Of a stretch of 64,000 nucleotides of DNA, positions 28,873 through 36,801 are shown one piece after another. Position 1 is the first letter of the stretch, and every line of letters starts with the position of its first letter. The stretch lies in the IMG/VR virus record IMGVR_UViG_3300023273_000426, positions 9,461 through 73,460 of that record; one strand, given 5' to 3'. This DNA is from a virus. The position numbers and the translations under genes are program-made. A model generated the notes under the pieces. The model saw nothing but the letters and a program-made list of their open reading frames with translations. It did no database searches and was not told where the DNA came from.

Positions 28873-29623
28873 TTAAAAATCCGTAGCCAACACCACCTGC
28901 AACAGACATAGCTAAGTCGTTGTCAAGTTTTTCCATTTCTTGTTGAGCTTCGGCTTTAAGTGAATCACCGTTAAGTGTAGTGCCGCCACCAGGGCCAGCA
29001 ATAGTAGCAAACTTACTACGTGCTTCACCTAACATATATTTACAGTTAGCAAGAGTATATTCCTTAATCCATTGAAATGCTTTGTAGTCTTTGTACAACT
29101 CAAAGTCAGGTCTATGATTATAACAATACAGCAATACTTCTTCCTCAGCTCTTGGTCTTGTTAATATAGTTAGTTTTTTTGTACTAGTGTTCCAAACAAA
29201 TTCGATAAAACTACCGAACATTCTTCCTACTAGTTCTTGTTGTTGAGCAAAGAAATCGTATGTAGCAAGTCCGCCTATGCCGCTACCTGCCAACAAGTAT
29301 GTGTTTGTATAAGCAAGGTTAAACGGTTCAAATGTTGTTCCGCCACTGTTGCCACCAAGTCTACTTCCTACACTACGTCTATGAACTTTACGTACCTCGA
29401 TTATTTCATTAGGTAGTGTATATGCATTTACATCTTCGGTTAGTGCAAGAGTAATATAACTTTCTTCAACGCTGTTTTCGCTGCGTTGTCTATATCGTGC
29501 AGTTGCTTTTCCTAGTGCAGTTTCGTAGTGTATAGGATCTAGTTCTACATCTACCATTCCGCCACCTAGAAAGGCATTTACGTAATCAAATATTTCTTGT
29601 TTCTGTGTTGTAAGTTCGGCCAT
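28865..29623 (-). CDS. gp13: neck protein (gp13-like head-tail adaptor)
   Basis: LGGGMVDVEL, WIKEYTLA..K..LGEARSKF..IAGPGGGTTLNG and C-terminal FLIG. Confidence 0.8.
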   Translation of the reverse strand: MAELTTQKQEIFDYVNAFLGGGMVDVELDPIHYETALGKATARYRQRSENSVEESYITLALTEDVNAYTLPNEIIEVRKVHRRSVGSRLGGNSGGTTFEPFNLAYTNTYLLAGSGIGGLATYDFFAQQQELVGRMFGSFIEFVWNTSTKKLTILTRPRAEEEVLLYCYNHRPDFELYKDYKAFQWIKEYTLANCKYMLGEARSKFATIAGPGGGTTLNGDSLKAEAQQEMEKLDNDLAMSVAGGVGYGFLIG

Positions 29624-29639
29624 AGTTTGTCTCCACTAG

Positions 29640-29654
29640 TATTTATGCTAAATA
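29640..29654. promoter_or_regulatory. back-to-back late promoters for gp13 and gp14
   Basis: tatttatGctaaata: ATAAATA on the minus strand and CTAAATA on the plus strand between divergent neck genes. Confidence 0.6.
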
Positions 29655-29659
29655 TACAT

Positions 29660-30814
29660 ATGCCAAGACTTAGTTTATACAGACCCGAGAAAACAAAAGA
29701 TTATTCCTTCCTAGATGGTATTGTCTACGAACAGTTTACCGTTGGAGGGACTGATTTTAATATTCACAAGTATCTTGGTCCAAAGACCACATTGGCAGAT
29801 GATGCAACAGTTGAACAGCCTGTATATGATGTTGTAAAAGAAACAAACATACAAGATTTATTATTTCTTGAAAACAGAGACAGAAAGTATGATGCTGATA
29901 TATACACAATCAGAGGTCATTACAACTTGCAAGATCAAGACTTTGATTTGAGTCAGTTTGGATTGTTTTTACAAAACGATACATTGTTTATGACTATACA
30001 TATTAATAGTAGTGTAAAAACACTAGGTAGAAAAATAATGCCAGGTGATGTAATAGAACTGCCGCACATGAAAGATGAATATGCTGCAAATGATTACAAC
30101 ATTGCACTAAAACGATTTTATGTAATAGACGAAGTTACTAGAGCAGCAGAAGGATTTAGTCAAACTTGGTATCCGCACTTGTATAGATTACGTGCAAAAC
30201 AAATACTAGATTCACAAGAATACAAAGACATACTAGATCTTCCAGCAGAAGAAGGTAGTGCAAATACGCTTAGAGATGTACTTAGTACTTACGAAAAAGA
30301 AATGCAAATAAATGAAGCTATTATAGCGCAAGCAGAAGTTGATGTTCCTCTTAGTGGATATTCTACTATACAGTTCTACACACTACAACTGTCTGATTCA
30401 GGCGAAATTGAAATTGTAAGTACTGACTATGACAGTTTATTAGCTGATGATCAGATAACAGCTGACACTGTTTTTGTTACACCTGATGGAAATGGATATC
30501 AAGGATATTTAGTTGGCGATGGTATTCCTCCAAATGGAGCACCATACGGACAAGGTATTGGGTTTCCGGGTGCACCTGAAAATGGAGACTATTTTTTAAG
30601 AATTGATTTATCTCCTAATAGATTGTTTAGATATGACGGAAATAGCTGGCGCAAAATAGAAGATGCAGTAAGAACCACACTCACACAAACAAGTGGTCGC
30701 GATACTCTAAAAGGCACGTTTATAAACAACACAACAGTAAATAGTATTAGCGGAGAAGAGGTTGTTGAAAGACAGGCTCTAAGTAAAGCTCTTAGAGCAA
30801 AGGCAGGTGACTAA
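29660..30814 (+). CDS. gp14: neck/head-closure protein (gp14-like)
   Basis: MPRLSLY start at 29660, LSQFGLFL and PGDVIELP motifs. Located between gp13 and gp15. Confidence 0.6.
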   Translation: MPRLSLYRPEKTKDYSFLDGIVYEQFTVGGTDFNIHKYLGPKTTLADDATVEQPVYDVVKETNIQDLLFLENRDRKYDADIYTIRGHYNLQDQDFDLSQFGLFLQNDTLFMTIHINSSVKTLGRKIMPGDVIELPHMKDEYAANDYNIALKRFYVIDEVTRAAEGFSQTWYPHLYRLRAKQILDSQEYKDILDLPAEEGSANTLRDVLSTYEKEMQINEAIIAQAEVDVPLSGYSTIQFYTLQLSDSGEIEIVSTDYDSLLADDQITADTVFVTPDGNGYQGYLVGDGIPPNGAPYGQGIGFPGAPENGDYFLRIDLSPNRLFRYDGNSWRKIEDAVRTTLTQTSGRDTLKGTFINNTTVNSISGEEVVERQALSKALRAKAGD

Positions 30815-32517
30815 TGCAATACTTTTATGATGGACAAATACGTAGATACATTACACAGATTGTAAGAGCATTTAGTAACTTTAGCTATCGTGACGGCGAC
30901 GGTGATATCAAAGTAGTTCCGGTATTGTACGGAGATATTACAAGACAAGTTGGCAGTATTATTAGAGAAAACAGTGATAACAAACTACCAAGTGCTCCTC
31001 GAATGGGTGTGTATATTACTAGTTTGCAAATGGACAGATCGCGATTGAGTGATAGTAGTTATGTTAGTAAAATCAATCTTAGAGAAAAACAGTTTGATGA
31101 AAACACTAGTAGTTATATAGCACAACAAGCCAAGGGATATACAGTCGAACGATTGCATCCAACTCCTTACACACTGAGTGTTAATGTTGACGTATGGTCA
31201 ACTAGTACTGATCAAAAACTACAAATACTTGAACAAATTTTTATGTTATTTAATCCAGACTTAGAGTTTCAAACATCTGACAACTATGTAGATTGGACTA
31301 GTTTAAGTGCATTGTATTTAGAAGATATTAACTTTAGTAGTAGAACTATTCCTGTAGGAACGCAAGATGACATTGATGTTGCTACACTAGGATTTACAGC
31401 ACCAATATACATTTCGCCACCTAGTAAAGTTAAAAAACTAGGCATTATAACAGATATTATCACAGGTGTTTACAGTCAAGATGCTGGCACTATTAGTTTA
31501 GAAGGGTTTAATCCTCCTACTACATCGGATCAGGGTGTTGCAAGTGGTGTTACTGTATTACCAGATGGTACTGTTGTTAATGCAGGAAATGTTGGTATTA
31601 CATCTACCTCAAGTGTAAGTAACACAGGATTAGATTTAAGCAATCCACTAGTTGTAAGTTATAGAGATTTTGATATTATAATTAATGACGACGAAGCCAA
31701 ACTAGCTAAAAATAAAAAACTTCGATTAGGCGATATTAGTTGGTTAAATATTTTAGAAGCAGAGCTGCCGTCAAAATATCAACCCAACATAAGTCAAATA
31801 AGATTGCGCAGAGCAGAACTTAGTGGTGAAATAATTGGAACGTTTAATATCCCAAGCAATGATACTCATACAATGATTATCGATTGGGACGAGGACACAT
31901 TGCCGGCTAACACTATTATAACAGGACCGTCTAAGACGGATGGAACTATTGATTATATTATTAATCCTATAACTTATAATCCTCAGACAGTAAAAACACC
32001 TGGTGTTAGATTATTATTATTAGGACCAATAGGTTATAAAGTTGAACGTAGTTTTAAAGCTACTACCAGTAGTAATAGAATAGATACTGATATAGACTTT
32101 ACTATTACTACTAGCGAGTTGGCCGATAGAGCAGGAGATGAACGTGTTACAAGTTTTGAAGTATTTGTAAACGGAACACCAGTAGCAGCAACAAAGTCAA
32201 ACATTGATGATAAGTTTATTATAAATCTAACTACAGCATACAGCATCGACGACAATATCTCGTATGTGCTCAATCTAAACGAAAAAGGTCCTGATGCTTG
32301 GAAAAATGCAGATAATACAGACTTTTCAGCTGATGCAAATGATATAGTTGAATGGGATGGATCTAAATGGGTTACTATTTGGAACTCTAGCAATGACAAT
32401 GAAACTACATACGTTACTAATGTAACTACTGGGCAGCAGTTTTATTGGAACGGATATTATTGGCAAAGTGCAGTTGATGGTTATTATCCACGAGGAACTT
32501 GGACTATTACACTTTAA
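30814..32517 (+). CDS. gp15: tail sheath stabilizer/terminator (gp15-like) with C-terminal extension
   Basis: YFYDGQIRRY...FSNF, VPVLYG, LP..PRM, PTPY.L and QILEQI..LFNP motifs. Confidence 0.75.
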   Translation: MQYFYDGQIRRYITQIVRAFSNFSYRDGDGDIKVVPVLYGDITRQVGSIIRENSDNKLPSAPRMGVYITSLQMDRSRLSDSSYVSKINLREKQFDENTSSYIAQQAKGYTVERLHPTPYTLSVNVDVWSTSTDQKLQILEQIFMLFNPDLEFQTSDNYVDWTSLSALYLEDINFSSRTIPVGTQDDIDVATLGFTAPIYISPPSKVKKLGIITDIITGVYSQDAGTISLEGFNPPTTSDQGVASGVTVLPDGTVVNAGNVGITSTSSVSNTGLDLSNPLVVSYRDFDIIINDDEAKLAKNKKLRLGDISWLNILEAELPSKYQPNISQIRLRRAELSGEIIGTFNIPSNDTHTMIIDWDEDTLPANTIITGPSKTDGTIDYIINPITYNPQTVKTPGVRLLLLGPIGYKVERSFKATTSSNRIDTDIDFTITTSELADRAGDERVTSFEVFVNGTPVAATKSNIDDKFIINLTTAYSIDDNISYVLNLNEKGPDAWKNADNTDFSADANDIVEWDGSKWVTIWNSSNDNETTYVTNVTTGQQFYWNGYYWQSAVDGYYPRGTWTITL

Positions 32518-32530
32518 AATAAGTAGTTGT

Positions 32531-32977
32531 ATGAACAAGATAATTTGCAGTGGTGCTTTATTTTATAGCCTTAAAACAAAACGATTTCTTTTTTTACATC
32601 GCACCAAAGGAAAAACAAAAAACCTTTGGGGATTAGTTGGTGGAACAAACGAAGGCATTGAAACACCTTGGGAAGGATTGCAAAGAGAAATAACTGAAGA
32701 AATAGGCAATCTTCCAAATATTAAAAAAACAATACCTTTAGAAACATTTATAAGCAGCGATAATCATTTTAGTTTTCACACATATCTTTGTGTAGTTGAT
32801 AATGAATTTATTCCAGAATTAAATAATGAGCATGATGGCTACGCTTGGGTAACATTTGGAAAATGGCCAAAACCTTTACATCACGGGTTGAGTAATACAC
32901 TACGAAGTAAAACCAATCAAAAGAAACTAGATACAGTTATACGGTTGGTAGATATAATATCTCAAACTGATTCTTAA
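32531..32977 (+). CDS. NUDIX hydrolase
   Basis: Nudix box GGTNEGIETPWEGLQREITEEIG and LNNEHDGYAW. Start placed at ATG 32531. Confidence 0.85.
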   Translation: MNKIICSGALFYSLKTKRFLFLHRTKGKTKNLWGLVGGTNEGIETPWEGLQREITEEIGNLPNIKKTIPLETFISSDNHFSFHTYLCVVDNEFIPELNNEHDGYAWVTFGKWPKPLHHGLSNTLRSKTNQKKLDTVIRLVDIISQTDS

Positions 32978-35567
32978 GCCATTCAAAATCATTAATTTTT
33001 ACTAGTTCATCTGGATTGTCTGCATTCATTTCGCCAAATGCTTTACCTGCTTTTGCTCCAGCAATAGCTGCTTTTCCAAAAGGTTTATCATCTCCTCTTG
33101 AGCACCATGCATCTAATCTAAAATCAGTTTCGTCATCTTTTTGTCTAGCAATAGTACGACTAGCAAGTTTACAACATTCTCTAAATCCACTACGCCATGC
33201 ACTAAATGCATCTGTATTAAATGCTGTTGTATTACTCATTTTATCTACACCTTTAAACTTATCACTAATACTAGTAGTCATATCAGTTGTAGTTTCGTCA
33301 AGGTTTCTTGTTAATCGAGTGGGCAGAAGTTTGACGCCACCATACCCATACACTAGCCCGTTTACTGGATTATGACTTCTCCACACATGCACAGTATCTT
33401 TGCCGTCGATATCGTATGCAGGCACATAGTAATCAAACTCAAAGTCGTCTATTATTTCAGCATCGCCGTCAACAACCCAAAACATTTCTGTTTCAACTAA
33501 CTCAGCAGCACGTTTATGAGCTGCATGAATTCCTTTGATATCCATTACTCGTTTTGCTCTTGGATACTTTTCTTTTAGTTCATAGTAGTTGTCGTCGGCA
33601 TTTGGTTCGCCATTACTAATAAACACAATATCATACGGCTTTGGCATACTACCAACTTCGTCGTATTCTTTTTTGTTAACAAAAAATCTATAATCAATTT
33701 CTCGTTGACTAATATTCAACTGTTTACTAACTAATGCAATACCGTCATAAAACTCGCTATTTTTCCAAACATGATTTATTCTACGTTCATATTGATTATG
33801 ATGACTGATATAAAAATTCCAGTTAAAATCTTCATTAGGTAAAAACGAATCGTTTACAATCCAAAACATGTCTGTGTTACAGTTTTCTTTTGCTTCTAAA
33901 TAATCTTGATAATCGTTTACTGTATATGTTGGATATTGTTTTGGTGTACTTGCTACAACATCATATTCTTTCTTTTTTATAAGAAAGCGGTGTTCAATTT
34001 CTTTTTCACTTACTAATACATTTTTACTGTATAATACAATACCATCGTAGTTGTCGCCATTTAAAAATACGTGATTGATATTTCTATCAAATGTATTTTG
34101 ATGACTAAAGTATAAACTAAAATCAAAATCTTTGTTTACATCAACGTCAGTAGGCACACCCCAAAACATTTCAGTGTCGGAGTTGTACAATGCATTTGTA
34201 TAATCGTCATAGTTGTCAACTGTAAACTTTTTATATTTTTTTGGTTTACTTGCTACAACTACATGTTCTTTTTTATTAACATAAAATCTATGATCAAATT
34301 CTTTTTCAGATATAAGATCTATAGTATTTAATAATGCAATGCCATCATAATCAACACCATTTAAAAACACATGATTTGTTGATCGGTCAAAAGAATCTTG
34401 ATTGTGGAAATAGTTGTCCCATTCAAAATCACTCAACGGATCTACGTCAAATGGGATTAGCCACATCATATCACTGCCGCAACTATGAAATGCACTCTTG
34501 TATTGCTCATAGTTTTCAACTATAAACTTTTCATAATCTTTTGGACCACTTGCTATAATGTCATGGTCAATTTTATGTTTTAGTTCTTTGTGTTCTATTT
34601 CTTCTTTGCTTACCAATGCTTGCTTACTAAACAAAAATACACCATCGTACTTGTTTCCGTTTAGCCAAGCATGATTAGATTTTTTTTCACTACTATGATG
34701 ACTAATATAATAATCAAACTCAAACTTTTCGTCAATAACAATGTTGTCTGAATATCCCCAGAACATATCAGTTGTCGAAACTTCATTTGCGTACTTGTAA
34801 TCTTCATAGTTGTTAATAACAAACTTATCATAGCATCGTGGATTACTTGCTAAAATTCTTACTTCTTTTTTATTAATAAAAAATCTATGTTTTATTTCTT
34901 TGTCTGTTAGCTCGCAGGATTTTGGACAAAGTACAATGCCATCTAGTGTGTCTATATCGCCATTGCCAAACACATGTGGAATATTAAAACTCCACTCGTC
35001 TGGCTTGTAGCTAAACTTAAATGTATCTCTTACTTCAGTATCATCGTACACTATCCAAAACATATCAGTAAAACTATTTTGTTTAGCTGTGTTTATGGAG
35101 TCAACTACCTGTACATCAAACCCTCTAGTTTCAAGATTCTTTAAAACTTTTGTATCTTCGCCAATGTAAAAAATATCAAACTTGTCTTTTCCTTTGTAAG
35201 GATCATAGTGTCCGCAAATATAAGCATGTTGATTTACAGTATATTCACCTTTTTTAGTCGGAACTAATCTAACTCTATTCCAGTCTTTGACTTTTCGGCT
35301 ATTTTCAAATACATAAGGAAACGCATGTATACGAACTTCATCCTCAGCTTTTGGTTTAAAGAACCAAGGAAATGAACTATATGTTTCAATACTTTCGTCA
35401 ACAACCCACACATAATCAGAATCGCAATCTAACTTCCAAACTTGTTCCAAATCTTCATAGTCGCTGGTTTTTACAACTGGATATTTTTCAAAAATATGAT
35501 TCTTTAAAAAATCCTGTCCATTATGCACTGGTGTTCCAAATCTTTCAAATCTATCAATAGCTCTCAT
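32937..35567 (-). CDS. multi-repeat glycosyltransferase-like protein
   Basis: Tandem units of about 95 aa (TDMFW..D...F.F.Y...HVF.NG..YDG..L..K....KE..HRF...KKE). The last unit has WVVDGD and NGLVYGYGGVKL. Start placed at ATG 35567. Confidence 0.6.
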   Translation of the reverse strand: MRAIDRFERFGTPVHNGQDFLKNHIFEKYPVVKTSDYEDLEQVWKLDCDSDYVWVVDESIETYSSFPWFFKPKAEDEVRIHAFPYVFENSRKVKDWNRVRLVPTKKGEYTVNQHAYICGHYDPYKGKDKFDIFYIGEDTKVLKNLETRGFDVQVVDSINTAKQNSFTDMFWIVYDDTEVRDTFKFSYKPDEWSFNIPHVFGNGDIDTLDGIVLCPKSCELTDKEIKHRFFINKKEVRILASNPRCYDKFVINNYEDYKYANEVSTTDMFWGYSDNIVIDEKFEFDYYISHHSSEKKSNHAWLNGNKYDGVFLFSKQALVSKEEIEHKELKHKIDHDIIASGPKDYEKFIVENYEQYKSAFHSCGSDMMWLIPFDVDPLSDFEWDNYFHNQDSFDRSTNHVFLNGVDYDGIALLNTIDLISEKEFDHRFYVNKKEHVVVASKPKKYKKFTVDNYDDYTNALYNSDTEMFWGVPTDVDVNKDFDFSLYFSHQNTFDRNINHVFLNGDNYDGIVLYSKNVLVSEKEIEHRFLIKKKEYDVVASTPKQYPTYTVNDYQDYLEAKENCNTDMFWIVNDSFLPNEDFNWNFYISHHNQYERRINHVWKNSEFYDGIALVSKQLNISQREIDYRFFVNKKEYDEVGSMPKPYDIVFISNGEPNADDNYYELKEKYPRAKRVMDIKGIHAAHKRAAELVETEMFWVVDGDAEIIDDFEFDYYVPAYDIDGKDTVHVWRSHNPVNGLVYGYGGVKLLPTRLTRNLDETTTDMTTSISDKFKGVDKMSNTTAFNTDAFSAWRSGFRECCKLASRTIARQKDDETDFRLDAWCSRGDDKPFGKAAIAGAKAGKAFGEMNADNPDELVKINDFEWLKNQFEILYLPTV

Positions 35568-36148
35568 AGTATATTTGCCTTTATTCCAAAATGTGCAAGT
35601 TTGATACTTGCATCTATCCATACTTCATAACCGTGATGCATTGCTTGATTACAAAAGTATATATCCTCTCCGCTGAAAGTATCTAGTCGTTTGTTGTATT
35701 CGTGATCAAACCATGGCTTGGGTAGATCATTGTACACACTTGTTTTTGTAAGCATACATCCCATACCAACTGCCCATACTTTGTGCAATCCAAAACTAGC
35801 ATCTAATCTAGTGTCAGTATTTTCACAATCAAGAAATGCTACTGTACGATACGGTGCATACCTAGTACTGTATTGACCTGCTACAATGTCTTTGTTGTGT
35901 GACAACAGAGTTTCAAAAACAGATGGCGGAAAATGCATATCGCTATCAAGCCATAAAATATGTGTAGCATTATTTTCTAATGCTTCTTTTACTAGTGCAG
36001 TTCGACTTTCAACAATCACACTACCACAAACAATATGCAGATCAAAATCAACATTTTGTTTTGTTAATCTATTTGTTAAATGACAAAGACTGCGAGCAAA
36101 CACTGTATTTACTTGATCACGTGCAGGAACACAAATACTTAGTTTCAT
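35564..36148 (-). CDS. GT2-like glycosyltransferase
   Basis: ICVPARD, R..LV..AL, LWLDSDM (DxD), VGMGCML, GEDIYFC and HFG motifs. Confidence 0.75.
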   Translation of the reverse strand: MKLSICVPARDQVNTVFARSLCHLTNRLTKQNVDFDLHIVCGSVIVESRTALVKEALENNATHILWLDSDMHFPPSVFETLLSHNKDIVAGQYSTRYAPYRTVAFLDCENTDTRLDASFGLHKVWAVGMGCMLTKTSVYNDLPKPWFDHEYNKRLDTFSGEDIYFCNQAMHHGYEVWIDASIKLAHFGIKANIL

Positions 36149-36149
36149 A

Positions 36150-36527
36150 TTACAACATAGTTGATGGCATAGTTTCTTCGTTTAAATCTTTTTCGGCTGA
36201 TACAGTGTATTCGTTCCATGTTCTTGCAGCACTTGTTGCAATCTTAACAGCTTCTTTAAAATCTTCTTTTGACAAACTAGCCATAGCCAGCATACTTTCA
36301 GGCTGTACTTTACCTAGTGTAAGTAAATCTGCACCTGCGGCTCTTCCTAACTTTTGAATCCAATGCAATCTATCATCATCATTTGGAATAACCATATCAT
36401 CGATTGCAGCAAAAACTTTTTCGTGCAAATCTCCGTCAAGGTTAAGTGCTGTTGCTGCTTCTTTTTTACGTTCTTTGGTATATTCTTGTGCTAAGTCTAC
36501 ATTTAATACTTCGTATAATGTTTTCAT
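36150..36527 (-). CDS. hypothetical helical protein
   Basis: 125 aa with AAGGA RBS, in an operon with the mini-adhesin and glycosyltransferases. Confidence 0.65.
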   Translation of the reverse strand: MKTLYEVLNVDLAQEYTKERKKEAATALNLDGDLHEKVFAAIDDMVIPNDDDRLHWIQKLGRAAGADLLTLGKVQPESMLAMASLSKEDFKEAVKIATSAARTWNEYTVSAEKDLNEETMPSTML

Positions 36528-36538
36528 TTTTTTTCCTT

Positions 36539-36715
36539 TTAACCTGGTATTGGGAAATAGTAGCCACCAAAACTAGAACTCATGCTAATAGTACTGCCTT
36601 GACTAATACCAATATAAACACCTAGTGTACCAATAGCAATAGTACTGTTGCCCGCACTAAAGTAGTTGCGGATTTGAGACATTGTTATTGTCGAGCCTGT
36701 TGCTGGTAATGCCAT
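36539..36715 (-). CDS. 58-aa small protein resembling the N-terminal fibre-attachment domain of gp38-type adhesins (not in the ORF track)
   Basis: Hand translation: MALPATGSTITMSQIRNYFSAGNSTIAIGTLGVYIGISQGSTISMSSSFGGYYFPIPG*. TAGGA RBS. Directly downstream of the S74-bearing fibre gene. Confidence 0.7.
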   Translation of the reverse strand: MALPATGSTITMSQIRNYFSAGNSTIAIGTLGVYIGISQGSTISMSSSFGGYYFPIPG

Positions 36716-36738
36716 ATTACTTCCTATTTCTCTCTATT

Positions 36739-36767
36739 AATATAACACATTATTTAAGCAGTGTCAA
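36739..36767 (-). promoter_or_regulatory. sigma70-like promoter with a nested late motif
   Basis: TTGACA-17 nt-TATATT with TGn extension, and TTAAATA in the spacer. Confidence 0.65.
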
Positions 36768-36769
36768 GT

Positions 36770-36797
36770 AAAGATAGCCACGCTTGTGGCTATCCTT
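36770..36797 (-). terminator. terminator after the giant fibre gene
   Basis: GATAGCCAC-AAGC-GTGGCTATC-TTT on the minus strand. Confidence 0.7.
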
Positions 36798-36801
36798 TAT
36801 A

